Shown piece after piece: positions 45,661 to 59,837 of a stretch of DNA of 64,000 bases (positions are counted from its first letter, which is position 1; each line of letters opens with the position of its first letter). The DNA comes from Paraspadella gotoi. Its lineage: Eukaryota > Animalia > Chaetognatha. The notes beneath the pieces were generated by a model that searched no databases, was not told the DNA's origin, and saw only the letters and a list, made by a program, of their open reading frames with translations. The position numbers were made by a program, and so were the translations under genes. The stretch is taken from positions 5,326,010 through 5,390,009 of the forward strand of contig CM119263.1 of assembly GCA_051294375.1 (NCBI GenBank). Reading direction: 5' to 3'.

Positions 45661-46872
45661 AAACCGGAGGGATAAAAAGTCACAACGGAAACAGCAAGAA
45701 ACAGCTATCAACAGCGAACAACAGCGAGCAATATTGAACAATTGTGAGCGAGAGGGAGACAGCGAGCAATAAATGAACTCTACTACTTTGTTCCTAGTCT
45801 ATAGTCTATAGTCTATAGTCGAATAGTCTATTTCTATTTGATTGAAAATCCTTTCTCTCGTAGACTGTAAGCTTAGAAAGCAACAACGAGCAATAGAGAG
45901 CCATAGCGAGCACTTGTATACTTTAGCAAACAACAGCGAGAAATATAGCGAGTGAATCGCATTAATTCCACCTCTTCGATCCGATTCGCGATTTTCTTCT
46001 TCTCGATTGAAAATTCTTTCTCCCCTCGTCTCGGGTCACCGTGATTTCCTCTCAGTTTATTATAATATGCAAATCCTTCTTTTATGCCAAGAAAATGGTT
46101 TTTTTTTATTTGCTTTTTTTTTCAATCTCTCTCTCTCCCTCTCCTTTCGATTTTTTTCTCTGATTATAAATCGATTCCCTCGGATTCTGAGGTCGAGAAT
46201 TCAGATTAAAAAATGAATGACAAAGAAAAAGAGAATGAGACTCTAAGATCGAATCTCACGCTCGAATCTTCTTCGTCGTGATCCGTGAATAAAAAAAAAC
46301 GCCCACTGTGAAAATCTTATTCTTGGACGAGAAAAGTTTCACTCTGTGATTGTTTGACAGCATAGTAAATATGCACAAAATTATCCTTGAAATAACAAAA
46401 AAAAACTTATAAGGAAACTTAATCAAAAGATATGAGAAATCATTTAAACTGCTACAATATGCAAATGAGATTGATGAACTGAAACTCATTTAAATGAATC
46501 AAAAGGAACTCTGCGACGTGTATGGCTTTTTAAAACTGCAGTTGAACTGTGGAATTAGAAAGTTTTGTTGGTAACTTTAGACCACTTTTCGTTATTCCTA
46601 AATTATCACTGAAAGCTTGCAAGGTATTGCTATGTGAAAGGTTTTTATATTCATTTTATCGATTTCATGATATCAATTTCCGTTTATATTCAATCAAGAG
46701 TAATATTTCTTAATATTTATAAAGTTGTAGATTTCCTTTTAAAACGGTTATGATTTAGCCTAAAAAGAAAAGCAAACTTTGGTTTCCAATATGAGCGGTC
46801 CTTGTTTTTAGAATATCATTATCCATCCCCAGATCAACAAAAATAGTGTTCAGTGTTTGCCGTTACTGTTTG

Positions 46873-46907
<35 letters not shown>

Positions 46908-48670
46908 TGATACACAGAGAGAGAGCTTCCAACACAGCGGTATTTGGCACAATCTCAGTTTTGTATCCAAGGTCTTCAGTTCCGGATTCTCGATCGAATT
47001 TTTTCTTTCGGTCAAATAAGTTTTTTTTTCGTTTCGTCGCGAATCTTCTGGTTCTTTTCGCCGTCGTCGTCGTCGTCGTCGTCGTTCCCCGTCGTCATCG
47101 TCGTCGTTCGCCGTCGTCATCGTCGTCGTCGGCAGCGGCAAACTCTTCAACCATTAATCTTTCTGACTGACGTCGTCCTGATTACCCTGCGCCTCTTTTT
47201 CTCTCCCTCTCTCTCCCTCTCCCTCTCCCTCTCTTCTCTCACTAAATCAGAACCAGGCAGGGCCAAAAAAAGATGAGAGCGAGAGAGAGGGGGGNNNNNN
47301 NNNNNNNNNNNNNNNNNNNNNNNNNNNNNNNNNNNNNNNNNNNNNNNNNNNNNNNNNNNNNNNNNNNNNNNNNNNNNNNNNNNNNNNNNNNNNNNNNNNN
47401 NNNNNGAGGGGAGTTTGAAGAGAGAAGAGAGATGTTTGACGGGAGAGAATGCTACATCTTCAGCCCAGAGAATTTTAGGGCCAGTGTATAGACGCGCCTT
47501 TAGCCCCTTGACACTCCCTACTCCCTAGAGTGACTCGTCAACTATGACCTTCCTCATTCGGTAACACTTCCTATTTTAGATATTTATATTAGTATTAATA
47601 GCTATCTATAGCTATTCACAGAGTTTTCACTCATTTGTAGATGGCCTTAATTCAAAACTGTTTTTGAGATTCTATTTCTTTTTTTGCATTGACTTTCCCA
47701 AACTCGCTTTCCACCCACCCAGCCCTTACCCTCTTTCCCATCTCTTTTCCATCTCTCCCCATCTCTTCTCCTATCTTTCCCTCATCTCCTCCCCATCTCT
47801 TCCCTCATCTCTTNNNNNNNNNNNNNNNNNNNNNNNNNNNNNNNNNNNNNNNNNNNNNNNNNNNNNNNNNNNNNNNNNNNNNNNNNNNNNNNNNNNNNNN
47901 NNNNNNNNNNNNNNNNNNNNNNNNNNNNNNNNNNNNNNNNNNNNNNNNNNNNNNNNNNNNNNNNNNNNNNNNNNNNNNNNNNNNNNNNNNNNNNACCCAT
48001 TTCTTCCACCATCTCTTCCCTCATCACTTCCCCCTTCTCTTCCCCAATCTCCGCCCTGTCTCCCCCCCTGGAGAGACCCAGTTAAAGGAGGTAGAAGAGG
48101 AGGAGGAGGAAGAGAAANNNNNNNNNNNNNNNNNNNNNNNNNNNNNNNNNNNNNNNNNNNNNNNNNNNNNNNNNNNNNNNNNNNNNNNNNNNNNNNNNNN
48201 NNNNNNNNNNNNNNNNNNNNNNNNNNNNNNNNNNNNNNNNNNNNNNNNNNNNNNNNNNNNNNNNNNNNNNNNNNNNNNNNNNNNNNNTTGTGCGTCGGCG
48301 ATTCTCTAACTCAAACGTTATGTTAACTTTCCTTTTGTTGTTTTTAATTTTCTTTGTTCTTTGGGCTTCCATCGCAACGTTATGCTAAACTTTATGGTCG
48401 GTCTGTCCATATTTTTAATTTTTTTAAAATTAGTCTTAATTCTGTATTTTGTACGTACATATATATATTGTTTGGATTTAAGAAATAAAAGTAGGCAATA
48501 AAATTAATAAAAAGATATATACTTTATAGTAAAATGTGTTATTACATTAAATTCAAATATAAAGTTCATGAATATACACGAATATACACGTACTTTACAT
48601 GTAATTTAAAGCTCCATTATCTCACTCTCTATTGTTTCTTCTCTTCTTTCTCTCTTTTTTATCCGATCGT

Positions 48671-48725
<55 letters not shown>

Positions 48726-51089
48726 TAGTTCATTTTTTTTTGCCGTAGGCATTGTAACGGAAATTTCCGTTCCTTGCTTTTGTTCCCGTTGTCTTGTCTC
48801 TTGCAGCAATATCGATTCACGATTTAAATAATCATGTTTTTTTTCCTTAATTTTTTTTTCAAAGTTATTCTTATGTTTATGAAATTAATCATTTAGTGAA
48901 TGTAAACTGTATCACAATAGTATAATTGCCATTTAAATAATATTAAATTTAGATAAAATTAACACTAGATTTTTTAAAAATCCATCCGTTATCGGTGGTG
49001 AGGCCTGAGCACGCCCCTCGGCACTTGTCTCTGTCTCTCTCTCGTTTTCTTCACGAACGTTTATCGATATAGACAATCCCTCTCGCTCTCTCTNNNNNNN
49101 NNNNNNNNNNNNNNNNNNTATTTTATTACTACCCCCGCCCCCCAAAAAAAAAAACCTCTTTTTATATTCAGAAAATTTGTTCTTCGGAGTCAGAATAATT
49201 CTTCCGACTTCCAAGTTTACATCTTTTCTTTTTTTTGTTTTCTTTTTTTATTTTTTCTTCTATATTTCGTTTGAGGTTTTTCTTTCTTTTATGAAAAGAA
49301 AAAAGTTTTTTTAACTTTTGAATTTCGTTTTAGACTTTCTTTTTCTTTCGACGGAGAAGGAAAGCCCCTTACATTTTGAAGTTTTCTTAACAACTCATTT
49401 ACTTAAAAGGAGGAAATTTAAAAACAAATGTCCAAAACCTGTCTCGCTAACGGAATCATGGTATTTTCCAGCTTTTATTTCACGTTTGAATTAACTCGTC
49501 TAAAAAACTGTAACAACCTTTTCAATTTACAATTTTTATTTTCAAAATATTAAAATACTCAGTAATCTTTAAATGTATAGATTTTCAAAACCTAAAGATA
49601 TTTAACATTTCATTCAACAATCCAGACTTTTAAAAGTTCCCTTTCATTCAACTATCAAAAGTCTTTCAAATTCTCTTTTTTTAAAAATACGAAAAAAAGA
49701 CTTTCAAAGTTCTTTCACTTCTTTCACTCGATGTCACGTGGAAAGCGATTCACGCCACCTGTGCCGGCAGGAGGACAAAGAGAAATGGAACGGTCAAAAT
49801 TTTTTGAATTACTTTTTTTCCCTTTTCATTCTTATCTTATTTCTTCTTATGTTGATATGGCTTTTTCTCCTTTAAATACATTTTTCTTTTTTTTTGCTTG
49901 TTTTCTGTCTTCCCTTTCTTTACTTTTCCTCTTTTTTCTTCCTTATTTTTTCCTCTTTTCTTTCCTTTTCATCCCCTAATCTTTCTTTTTCTGCCTTTTT
50001 CTTTCCTCTTATTTCTCTTCTTTCCTCCCCATTTTTTTCTTTTCTTTTTTCTCCTTTGTTTACTCTCTTTTCTTTTTCTCCCCATATCTTTTCGTTGTCC
50101 TCCCTCCTTCCTTCCTTTCCGGGTTCGTTTCTTTTCCTCCCATTTTTTTCTTTTCTTTTTCGCTTCTCGTCCATTTCTTTTATTTTACCTTTCTTTTCTC
50201 CTTTTCCATTTTCTTTTCTTTCTTTCTATTTCTTCTTTTTTTCTTTCTCCGAATGGGGGTTTTGCTTCCGTCTAACGCGAAAAATCGAAACCTGAGACAT
50301 TTTTGGTCGTCGCTCTACGACGGTTACAGATGATGGACTACGATGATGGACTCAGAGATAAGAACTCAGATTGTGGTTGGCGCCTCGGGTGAATCCGAGG
50401 CCTTGGCTGTCGTCGTTCGTCCACGTTCGTCGTCGTACGTCTTCCGTCGTTGTTGTCGTCGCCGACGACGCGCAAACGACAATTAATCACTTTTCCTTTC
50501 AGAACGAAAAAAAAGAAAGCGATGGTAAGTTCATCAAAAGTGTTAATTACATACAGAAGGTTTTTTTTTTAATCGATTCCGGAATCTAAGTGAGATTTTT
50601 AATTGCATTTCGTTTCTTTGCCGGTAAAAAAATTGCAAATTCGTGAAGTAATTCGTGGATTTGTGGAATCGAGACTAAAACGGGGAAAAAAACACATAAT
50701 GAGTCTGTTGGACAAACTGTGTTAGGCTCTAGTTGGTTCTTAGTCCTCTGTCGCATTTATATGTTCAATGATTCTCGTTATAATGTTTTATTTCGGCTTT
50801 TGATGATTGATATTTGATCTGATATCTGTTGAACAGTCACCGTCAATGTTATTATCTGCTGTATGTCTATGTTTATGTCAATGTGCGATGTCAATATGTC
50901 CAATGTCTTTTTAATAAAAAAAAATAGAGGAGAGAGGAGGAGGTAGAGAAGAAGAGAGAATGCGGGAGAGAAGGACGCGAGAGAAGAGAAGGGGGAGACG
51001 AGAGAGAGAGAGGAGAGAGTGAGAGATGAAGGGCGGCGGGGAAACCCGAGGAGAGAGAGAGAGGAGAAGAGAAGGAGAGAGATTGGGAG

Positions 51090-51129
<40 letters not shown>

Positions 51130-51433
51130 AGAGAGAGAAAGAGAGTCTATTGGAGATGAATGAAGCTTTTCTCGCACGGAGGGAAGGAGGAGGAGAAAAA
51201 ACGGACAAAAAGAGCAAAAAGAAAAAAGACCAGAGAGTAAAAAAAAGCCAACAAGAGCGAAAAAAAGAGCAATCCTCCCCTTGTTTCTTCGCCGTTCGTC
51301 GTTCTCGTCGTTCGCCTTCTTTCTTCTTGAAAACGACCATTGGTGCGGCGCTCACGCTCGGCCGAAAGGTGTCACTCATTCTCAACGGCGAAGATTTAGG
51401 CGTACTCTCACGATCTCTTCCCCCTTCCGCGAT

Positions 51434-51506
<73 letters not shown>

Positions 51507-51854
51507 TCTCTCTCTCTTCCTCTCTCTCCTCTGGTGGCTTCTTAATCTTTATCTCGAGGAAAGGCGAGTTTTGGTCTCAGCTATTGTTCCTTCTTCTTCC
51601 TTTCTTTCTTCCTTTCTTTTTGCCCTTTTCTTCCCTGCTCTCTTTTTCAATTCGAGTTGCCTTCGCCGGGATTTAATAACGGAAGCCCTAAAATGGCCGA
51701 TTCTGGCGGGTGGGTCTTATTGGGTGGGGGGGGAGAGGAAAAAAAAGGGGAGAAAGGAAATTGAGAGGGGGTCAACCGATCGAGGGTCCATCGTTCCATC
51801 TCGTTGGTCAGATTTGTTCCGTGTGAACCCAATTACGCTCTCTTCTCTCCTCTC

Positions 51855-51886
<32 letters not shown>

Positions 51887-52058
51887 CTCTCTTCTCTCTC
51901 TCTCTCTCTCTCTCTCGGTTATCAAAAACCTCGGAGCCTCAAATATTGACTCGATCAAATGCTCCGTTTTCAGGTTTCCCCTTTTTTCTCGTATCTCTCT
52001 CCTCCGCACACATACATCCACTTTGGTGTGGGGGCCAGTTTGGAAAAACAGAGCGAGA

Positions 52059-52089
<31 letters not shown>

Positions 52090-54747
52090 CGAGAGAAGAG
52101 AGAGAGGAGAGAGAGAGAGAGAGGTGAGAGAGAGAGAGAGAAGAGAAGGACGGGTCAGAGAGTCCTTCGCGAGTGAGCTTATCGGGGATTAGGTGAGAGC
52201 GAGGACAAACCAACGCAACCGAGGACGATTATCGAAGATGGGGGTAAGAGGGCGTGGCGTGGACATGGCGTGTATGGCGTGGGCAATGTGAGCAGTGAAA
52301 GGGATATATTGAACGACGAGTATAAGAGACAGCAACGTCCGTCTCGACGAGATTTGGTCTCTCTTCTCTCTCTCTCGCGGATTCTCTGCCTCGAATTCTT
52401 AGAAACGTTGCTGTGTTGACCGATTATCTTGTAACAAAGAATCGCGAGTTATTAAAGAGAGACAGGACAGAGAGAGACAGAGAGTGATAACACAGCTTAT
52501 ATCAAGCGATGAAAACAGAGAATAAGACGATATTTTTTTTGATAATATAAAACCGTTTTTCCAGTAGAAAAGGAGAGGAAAAAAAACATGGAAAAAAACG
52601 TTAGAAACCCAAAAAACATTCTTAATCATCGATGCAACAGGCAAAAACCCCTTCAGGAAGAACTCAGAGTCTTCCCTCTCTCTCTCTCTTCTCTCTTCTC
52701 TCTCTCTCTTCTCTCTCATCTCTCTCTCTCTTTCGTTTCCGAATTGATGTAAACAAGGGGTCGAAGTCTTGGGTTAAAGGGTTAGAGAGAACATTCCCCC
52801 TCGAGTGTGGACGAATGTATTAAAGACTAGAGAAAGGCAGAAGAGGAGAGAGGAGAGGAGAGAGAAGAGGAGAGAGGGGAGAGGAAAAATTCCCCCTTCG
52901 TGTTGTAGTCGAATTGTAAAGACTAGAGAAGGCAGGAAGAGGAGAGAGGAAAGAGAGAGAGGAGTAAAAGAGAGGAGGAGGAGAGAGGAGTAGGAAGATG
53001 AGAGGAGAGAGAAGAGGAGAAAGGAAACAAAGAGAAGAGAGGAGAAGAAGGAGGTAAAAAGCAAGAGGAAGACAGGAAGAAGAGTGAGGGAAAAGTAAAA
53101 AAAAGATGAGAATATGAGTGAGAGAGGAAGAGAAGAAGAGACGAGAAAAGAGGAAGGGAGAGAGGCAAGAGTAGACAAGAGTAGAAAAGCGAAGGAGTCT
53201 CTTTCGGAAAACCTGCGGCCAGGGGAAGAGGGGGGGCGGTCTGATGAGTGGACTCAAGCTGTGTTAGTAGATACTAGAAGATGTGACGAGAGGGAAAGTG
53301 AGGTGATTCCTAAACTGTATTACTTGGCTGTGAAAATGTAAAAGGTTTCAAGGGTTCACAAACTGTACTCTGTCGTTTAAGACTGTATCACTGGTTGAAA
53401 AAAAGACAAGAAATAGGCCAGGATTGAACAATTGATTTCTTATTCTGTAAAACCTTATCAATATCTGTAAAAGGACATGAAGAGACGGAGAGCTTCGAAA
53501 ACTTGTTTTCTCTCGGCTGTGAAACGAACCATTAGCGGTTCGCTCGGTGAAATTAGTATACAAATTTAACGATCGCCTCCGAACATTGAAAAAGCTGTTT
53601 TGTCCAGGAGGAACGGGAGTGGGACAGAGTGAAGGAGAGAGTGGGGGTGGAAAAGGGGGAGTTAGGGGGTGGAAAAGGGCCGTGAAAGGGACGAGGTGGG
53701 ACCGCGGGCGACTGGGCGTGGCCCTTAAAGGAAAGGAAAAGTCGATTCGGATTCTCTGAGTCGAGTATCGATGTAAGGGTGAGCAACTGAAGGAAAGGAT
53801 GGAGAGAGAGAGAGAGAGCAATGCAAAGATGTAACTGTTAAGTCGAACAAAAAAATTCTTGAGAAATGTTAACTGGTTAATGAGAGAAAGGACTTGCGAA
53901 AGGCCGTAAATGTTAATGAAAGGAAAGTCTGAGAGAGGTGTAACTGTTTAACGGAGAAGAGAACAGTTACCAAACCAGAAACTGACTGTTAACAAAGATT
54001 TGATCTTTAAAGTGATCTTTGCTAGTAATGCCATTAACAGACTGAAAGATTTAAAAAGGGGAAAGATTCCATTGAGGAGAAATGAGACTGTAAACTGCGA
54101 GCCACTGAGCCTTGAAGGAAAAGTTATCGGAGAAACTGGATTTTTTTCAAGAGAGAGCCGATTATGCGGTGACCAATAAAATATCGAACATCCCTTGTTT
54201 TGCTGTTCTTTTTTTGCGCCAGTGGGGCAATGGGGCCATATTAAAAATATTTGAAAAATATGAAAATATGAAATATAAAATATGAAAATATGAAAAATAT
54301 GAAAATATGAAATATTGGCGTTATTAACGAAGAAATTTAAATTGTCAACAACGCTTTGATAAAAAGTTTGGAAGGAATTAGTTGTATGCGAATCGAGACA
54401 AAAAAAGGCTATTTTAAAATAAAAGCATAGCTGGTATTTTATAGCGTTGTTAAAGGATCAAACACTATTACGATAAAAAAAATAAAAAATAAGAAATGCG
54501 CCTGTCAGAAAAAGGTATCACGTTGAAAAAATACATTAAAGAGAAATATTTGTCGGAAAAAAAGGAAAAAAAAGTAAGAGGTTGAAAAAGGAATTTGGAG
54601 AAAAAAAGGGAAATACTAAAAAAGGAGAAGCAGGGAGAAAAAGAAGGAAGAGGGGATCGGGGAAAATAGGGATTAAGGGTATCAGGAAAGGAAGGAGAGG
54701 ATAAGCTTAACTTGAAAATTGAAGACGAAAGTCGGAAAAAAGATTGC

Positions 54748-54905
54748 ACAGACTTGGGGACCAAAATGTGAAAGAAGTGGGGATTGGTTAAACAGACATG
54801 GGGACCAAAAATTATGAAAGGAGTGGGATTTGTAAACAGACTTGGGACCAAAAACTTGAAAGTATGGGATTTTATTAAACAGAATGGGGAAAGAAGTGGG
54901 GATTC
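54748..54905. repeat. ~43-bp minisatellite (aacagacttggggaccaaaa..gaaagaagtgggatt..)
   Basis: Three full units and one partial unit. Its partial counterpart at 38399-38510 abuts an N gap. Confidence 0.75.
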
Positions 54906-57900
54906 AGCGAACAGAACTGGGGATATGAGGAACAGACTGGGTTTCGGGGAAAAGGAAGGATTCGTGTGGCGACAACAGACTGGAGAAAGAAAGAAAAAAA
55001 AAAAAGAAAAAGAAGAAAAAGAACGGGAAATCGATTTCGCGAGGAAAGGTTTACGGGTGAGTTTATGCGTTGAGGTCGACCAACGGGTGATTTTACGGGT
55101 GAGGTCTCCAAACGTTTTTGACGTCCAGTTTATGCTGTGGTTCGTAAAGTTTCCTTCGGGGGTCGACCGATCGTTAGAGGCTGTGGGAAAAGTTTAGAAA
55201 GTTGAGGCGTAAGGTCCCTCGGGAATTCATCTTTATTTTCTTATAAAATCCGGATGTTTTTTTGTTGAAGGATAGAGGAAACGAAATTGGTTGTGTTGAT
55301 GCAACCTTGTACATTGTACATGTACATACAATGTACATCGTAGTTCTGATGTAAGGGTTAGTAACCCTGATGATCGATTTAAAACACAGAGATAACCAGT
55401 TCTGGAAAACTACTAGCAACTGTATACCTGCGGCCCTTCGGGCCGTAAAAAAAAGTGAAAATATTGGGAGTGAGATCTTCGAATTAATATTGTGTAATTA
55501 GGTTTTTATAGCGAAGTTGATACGGTGTGATTAGTTTTCATTCCACATTAAGCTAGTATAGCGGATATAAAATTTTTGTTTTCCTGGTCTTCCAATGTCA
55601 TAAACAAAACAACAACCACGACGACGAAAGACGACGACGACGACGACAAAGGCATCAAACAACATAAAACGGTTCACCGACGATTTCGAGAATCCAGTGA
55701 CTTAGGATCACGTGACCTGAGAAATTCCTTCGTTTCACCTCCCCCCCGTATTTTTGCGCCCCTTGACCCCGAGTCGGGGGGGGGGGGAAGATGGGAGGCG
55801 AGAGGGAGAGAGGGAGGAGGAGGAAGGAAGTGAGAGACGAAGAGAGATAGAGTGGGAGAGATGAAGGGAGAAGCCAGTATACTCGTAGAGGGCAAGAGAG
55901 GGAGAAACAAGACGAGGGAGGGCAAGAGGAAGAACAGGGAGAGAAACAGAAAGAGAGGCGAGAACAAGAGGGGAAAAGGAGCAATAGGAGGAGAGAAGAA
56001 GAAAGAGAGGGGAGAGGGAGGCTCGGGAGGAAAAGGAAGAGGAGGAGGACAGAGAGAGGGAGAAGAAGAGAGGAGGGGAAGGAGAGAGAGTTGTTCTGTT
56101 CAGAGGAACGACGCACCCAATGATCGTCAGACGAAACTTTCCCGTCGAAGCAGGAAAACCAAAGGCTGCAAGTTTTTTAATGAGAAGTGAAAAGGGAGGG
56201 AGAGAGAGGGAGAGATAGAGACAGGGGAAAGAGAGAGAGAGAAAGGACAGAGAGAGGTGCAAGAGGAAAAATAGAATAGAAAAGAGAGGTTGGAGAGAAA
56301 GAAATGTGAATCCAGTGATCGAATCGGGAGTTAGAACAAAGAGATTGACGAAGAGGGCTACGGGTCAAAGTCACGTGACAACGATGACCCCAGATGCGGC
56401 CTGACCCTCACAAGGTGCGCCCTCCTCTCACCTCCGCCCCCTACTCCCCCCCTTTTACTCCTCCTTCTTCGCCTTCATTCTGTTTTCAGTCTCGGAAAAG
56501 TTTTGACCCGATGATTTTTTTCCCCCCCTTTCGGCCCGGAACTCATCTGTCCGTCTCATTGCCCGACTCATCTGTCGTGTCTCATTTGCCCGACGCGGAC
56601 GTCCCCTTCTTGCCCGTGTTGACCGACGCCGACTTCATGGAATGAACGACTAAAACCTTAATGTGACGTTTTGTTTTTACGTTGTTATAAACAAACTCGA
56701 TCGCGATGTTTGTACTTTCGGATTTAATCCAATATACCACTTGTTGAGAATCGTTTTGTCTCAGTGATTATCTTTTTGCTCTTGACTCGAATTTTGGTGA
56801 CCTCAGTCTCACTTATAGTCCTTCCCAGATTCGCTACCGGCCTTCACCAATTCGCCCAGGTTACATCTTCCACACCCTCGCTACCAAACCCTTCCGGCTT
56901 TATTTACGTCATAAGTCCAATACTGCTACAATTTCAAACCTGTCTCCAATAGGACTTATATTGCTACAGTTCCTGTCCTGACGTTAGCACTCCTTCACGC
57001 GGCAATCTAAACTGCTACTGCAAGATTCAAGCAAGTCCCACATCCACACAGTGAACGAAGGAGTGCGAGAAATGTTCCGTAAAGAACCGGCCAAGTGAAT
57101 TTAAGCAGCGGGAAGGTGACTGTCAAGAGTGGAAGAGAACGAAACTTTTTTCTTTTTCTCATCGAAGATTCGATTTTTTTTATATTTTTATATTTCGTCA
57201 TAAAACGAAAATGGAAGGCGGACTGCGATTTGCGCCAGGCCATTTTTTTTTTACGCTGCTTCACATTTTTCTGCATTTTTTATTTTATTTTTCGTATAAT
57301 TTAAAAAAAAAAACCAAACATTCTATAACATAAATTAGAAAAGGATTTTAAATTTTGGAAATAGGGTTCCCTTTCTAGCGAGACGCGATCAAGAAAAAAC
57401 CGCGCCCTTCGAAAATCGATGGTAAAAAGTGGGCCCAGAAAAATCAAAACCATTTCAATTTGCATATTGAATGAAAAAAAAGAAATCAAATTCAGCGGCA
57501 ACCCAGGTCAACCCTGGTGGATGGAGAGGGAGAGGGAGGGAGAGAGGAGAAAGAGAGTTGGAGAAAGAGCGAGAGAGGGATAGGATGAGAGGGGAAAAGA
57601 GAGAGAAAGAGAGGAGAGAGAGAGAGAGGAAACATATACGTAGAGGGTTAAGGCCAAGTTATTTTTCTTGAGTACCCCACAACTAAAATTTTGGAGTCAA
57701 AAATAGGAGATTTGTGTCGATCTGTGAATGAATATAATATTAGGGAAAATAAACGAGAGAAACAAATTCTTTTTTGGAATTAATGGCAAATTTCTTATTT
57801 TTTACCAAAAACTTCTTTTTTTTAATCATTGATTGGAAGTTAAAACAAAGAAATTGATTCATCTCTGATGTCAAAACTGATATCAAATTCTGAGCAACGA

Positions 57901-58124
57901 TATTTTATCTCGAGCAAGCAAGGAGAAAAGCTAGCACTTTTGGCCGTTGGGCAGGACAAACAGCCCTAGCAAAACAAGGTAACCGGGTAATAATCGTAAT
58001 TTTTAACAGGAGCAACCAAGCAAGACAAAGCGTCTAGCAAGCATCGAATTTCTCCAGGCGGAAAAAAAAAATCGATTGGACGGAATCACGAATCGAAGCG
58101 ACGGATTTGGTGCGAGACAGCCCC

Positions 58125-58175
<51 letters not shown>

Positions 58176-59017
58176 CTCTCTCTCTCTCTCTCTCTTCGGT
58201 GGCTTCGCCACGTGGCGAGGCGTGCGAATGATAACAACAACAACAAACGGTGCGCGCGCGGAGAAGGATAGGGACGCGACGGATAATCGGAAGCGTCTCG
58301 TTAACTACGAAATGCAAGAATGAGAGTGTCTTGAAAGTCAACTACGAATATAAATGGAAAACAGCGTTTCGAGGCTAATAGTTTTTTATGGAAGGTGTAA
58401 ATAAAAAGACCAAAAGTTGCTGTTAATATGAATTAACTGAAAATTTAATTGTAAAATTAATTGTAAATTAAATTAAATAACTGCAAATCAATGAATTAAC
58501 TATAAATTCAATGAATAACTGTAAATATGGAAAACAGGACGAATAAAAAAAGTTCAAACACGGAAACAGCAAGAAAACAGCGATCAACACGAACAACACC
58601 GAGCAATATTTAGCAATTGTGAGCGAGAGGGAGACAGCGAGCAATAAATGGACTCTTACTACTTTGATCCTAATAATCTTATAGTCGGAATAGGTCTATT
58701 TCTTTTTATTGAAAATCCTTTCTCTGTTATAGACTGTAAGCTTAGAAAGGCAAACAAACGAGCAAATAGAGAGCCATAGCAAGCACTTGTATCTTCGAGC
58801 GAACAAAACAGCGAGAAATATAGCCGAGTGAATCGCATTTAATTCACCTCTTCATCCGGATTCGCGATTTTTCTTCTTCTCGATTGAAAATTCTATTCTC
58901 GCCCTCCGTCTCGGTTCACCGTGATTTCCTCTCAGTTTATTTAAAAGGCAAATCCTTCTTTATATGCCAAGAAAATGGTTTTTTTTATTGTTTTTTTTAT
59001 CTTCAATCTCTTTCTTC

Positions 59018-59053
<36 letters not shown>

Positions 59054-59805
59054 CTCTCTGCTCTCCTTTCGATTTTTTTCTCTGATTATAAATCGATTGC
59101 CCTCGGATTCTGACGGTCGAGAATTCAGATTAAAAAATGAATGACCAAAGAAAAAGAGAATGAGACATCTAAGATCGAATCTCACCTCGAATCTTCTTCG
59201 TCTGATCCGGTGAATAAAAAAAAACGCCCACTGTGAAAATCTCATTCTTGGACGAGAAAAAGTTTCACTGTGTGATTGTTTGACAGCATAGTAAAATCCA
59301 CAAAAATTATTTCTTGAAATTTAACAAAAAGGAAAACTTATAAGGAAACTTAATCAAAAGATATGAGAAATCATCTAACGCTACAATATTGCCAAATGAA
59401 TTTATGAACTGAAATTCATTGAAATTAAATCAAAAGAACTCTGCGACGTGTATGGCTTTTACAAACTGCACGTTGAACTGTGGGAATTCAGAAAGTTTTT
59501 TGGGTAACTTTAGACCACTTTTCGTTATTCCTAAATTATCACTGAAAAGCTGTGCAAGGTATTGCTATGTGAAAGGTTTTTATATTCATTTTTATCGCAT
59601 TTCATGATATCAAGTTCCGTTTATATCAATTCAAGAGTAATATTTCTTCATATTATAAAGCTGAGATTTCTTAAAACGCGTTATGATTTAGGCCTAAAAA
59701 GAAAGCAAACTTTGGTTTCCAAATGAGCGGTCCTTGTTTTTTAGAAATCATTATCCATCCCCAGAACAACAAATAGTGTCAGTGTTGCCGTTACTGGTTT
59801 GCCGA

Positions 59806-59837
<32 letters not shown>

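Larger units (their letters stand above)
32427..49093 (+). repeat. Large direct duplication, copy A (gapped)
   Basis: Collinear with 49119-63180 from 'ttattttattactacccc' to 'gacaatccctctcgc'. Contains many N gaps. Confidence 0.92.
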
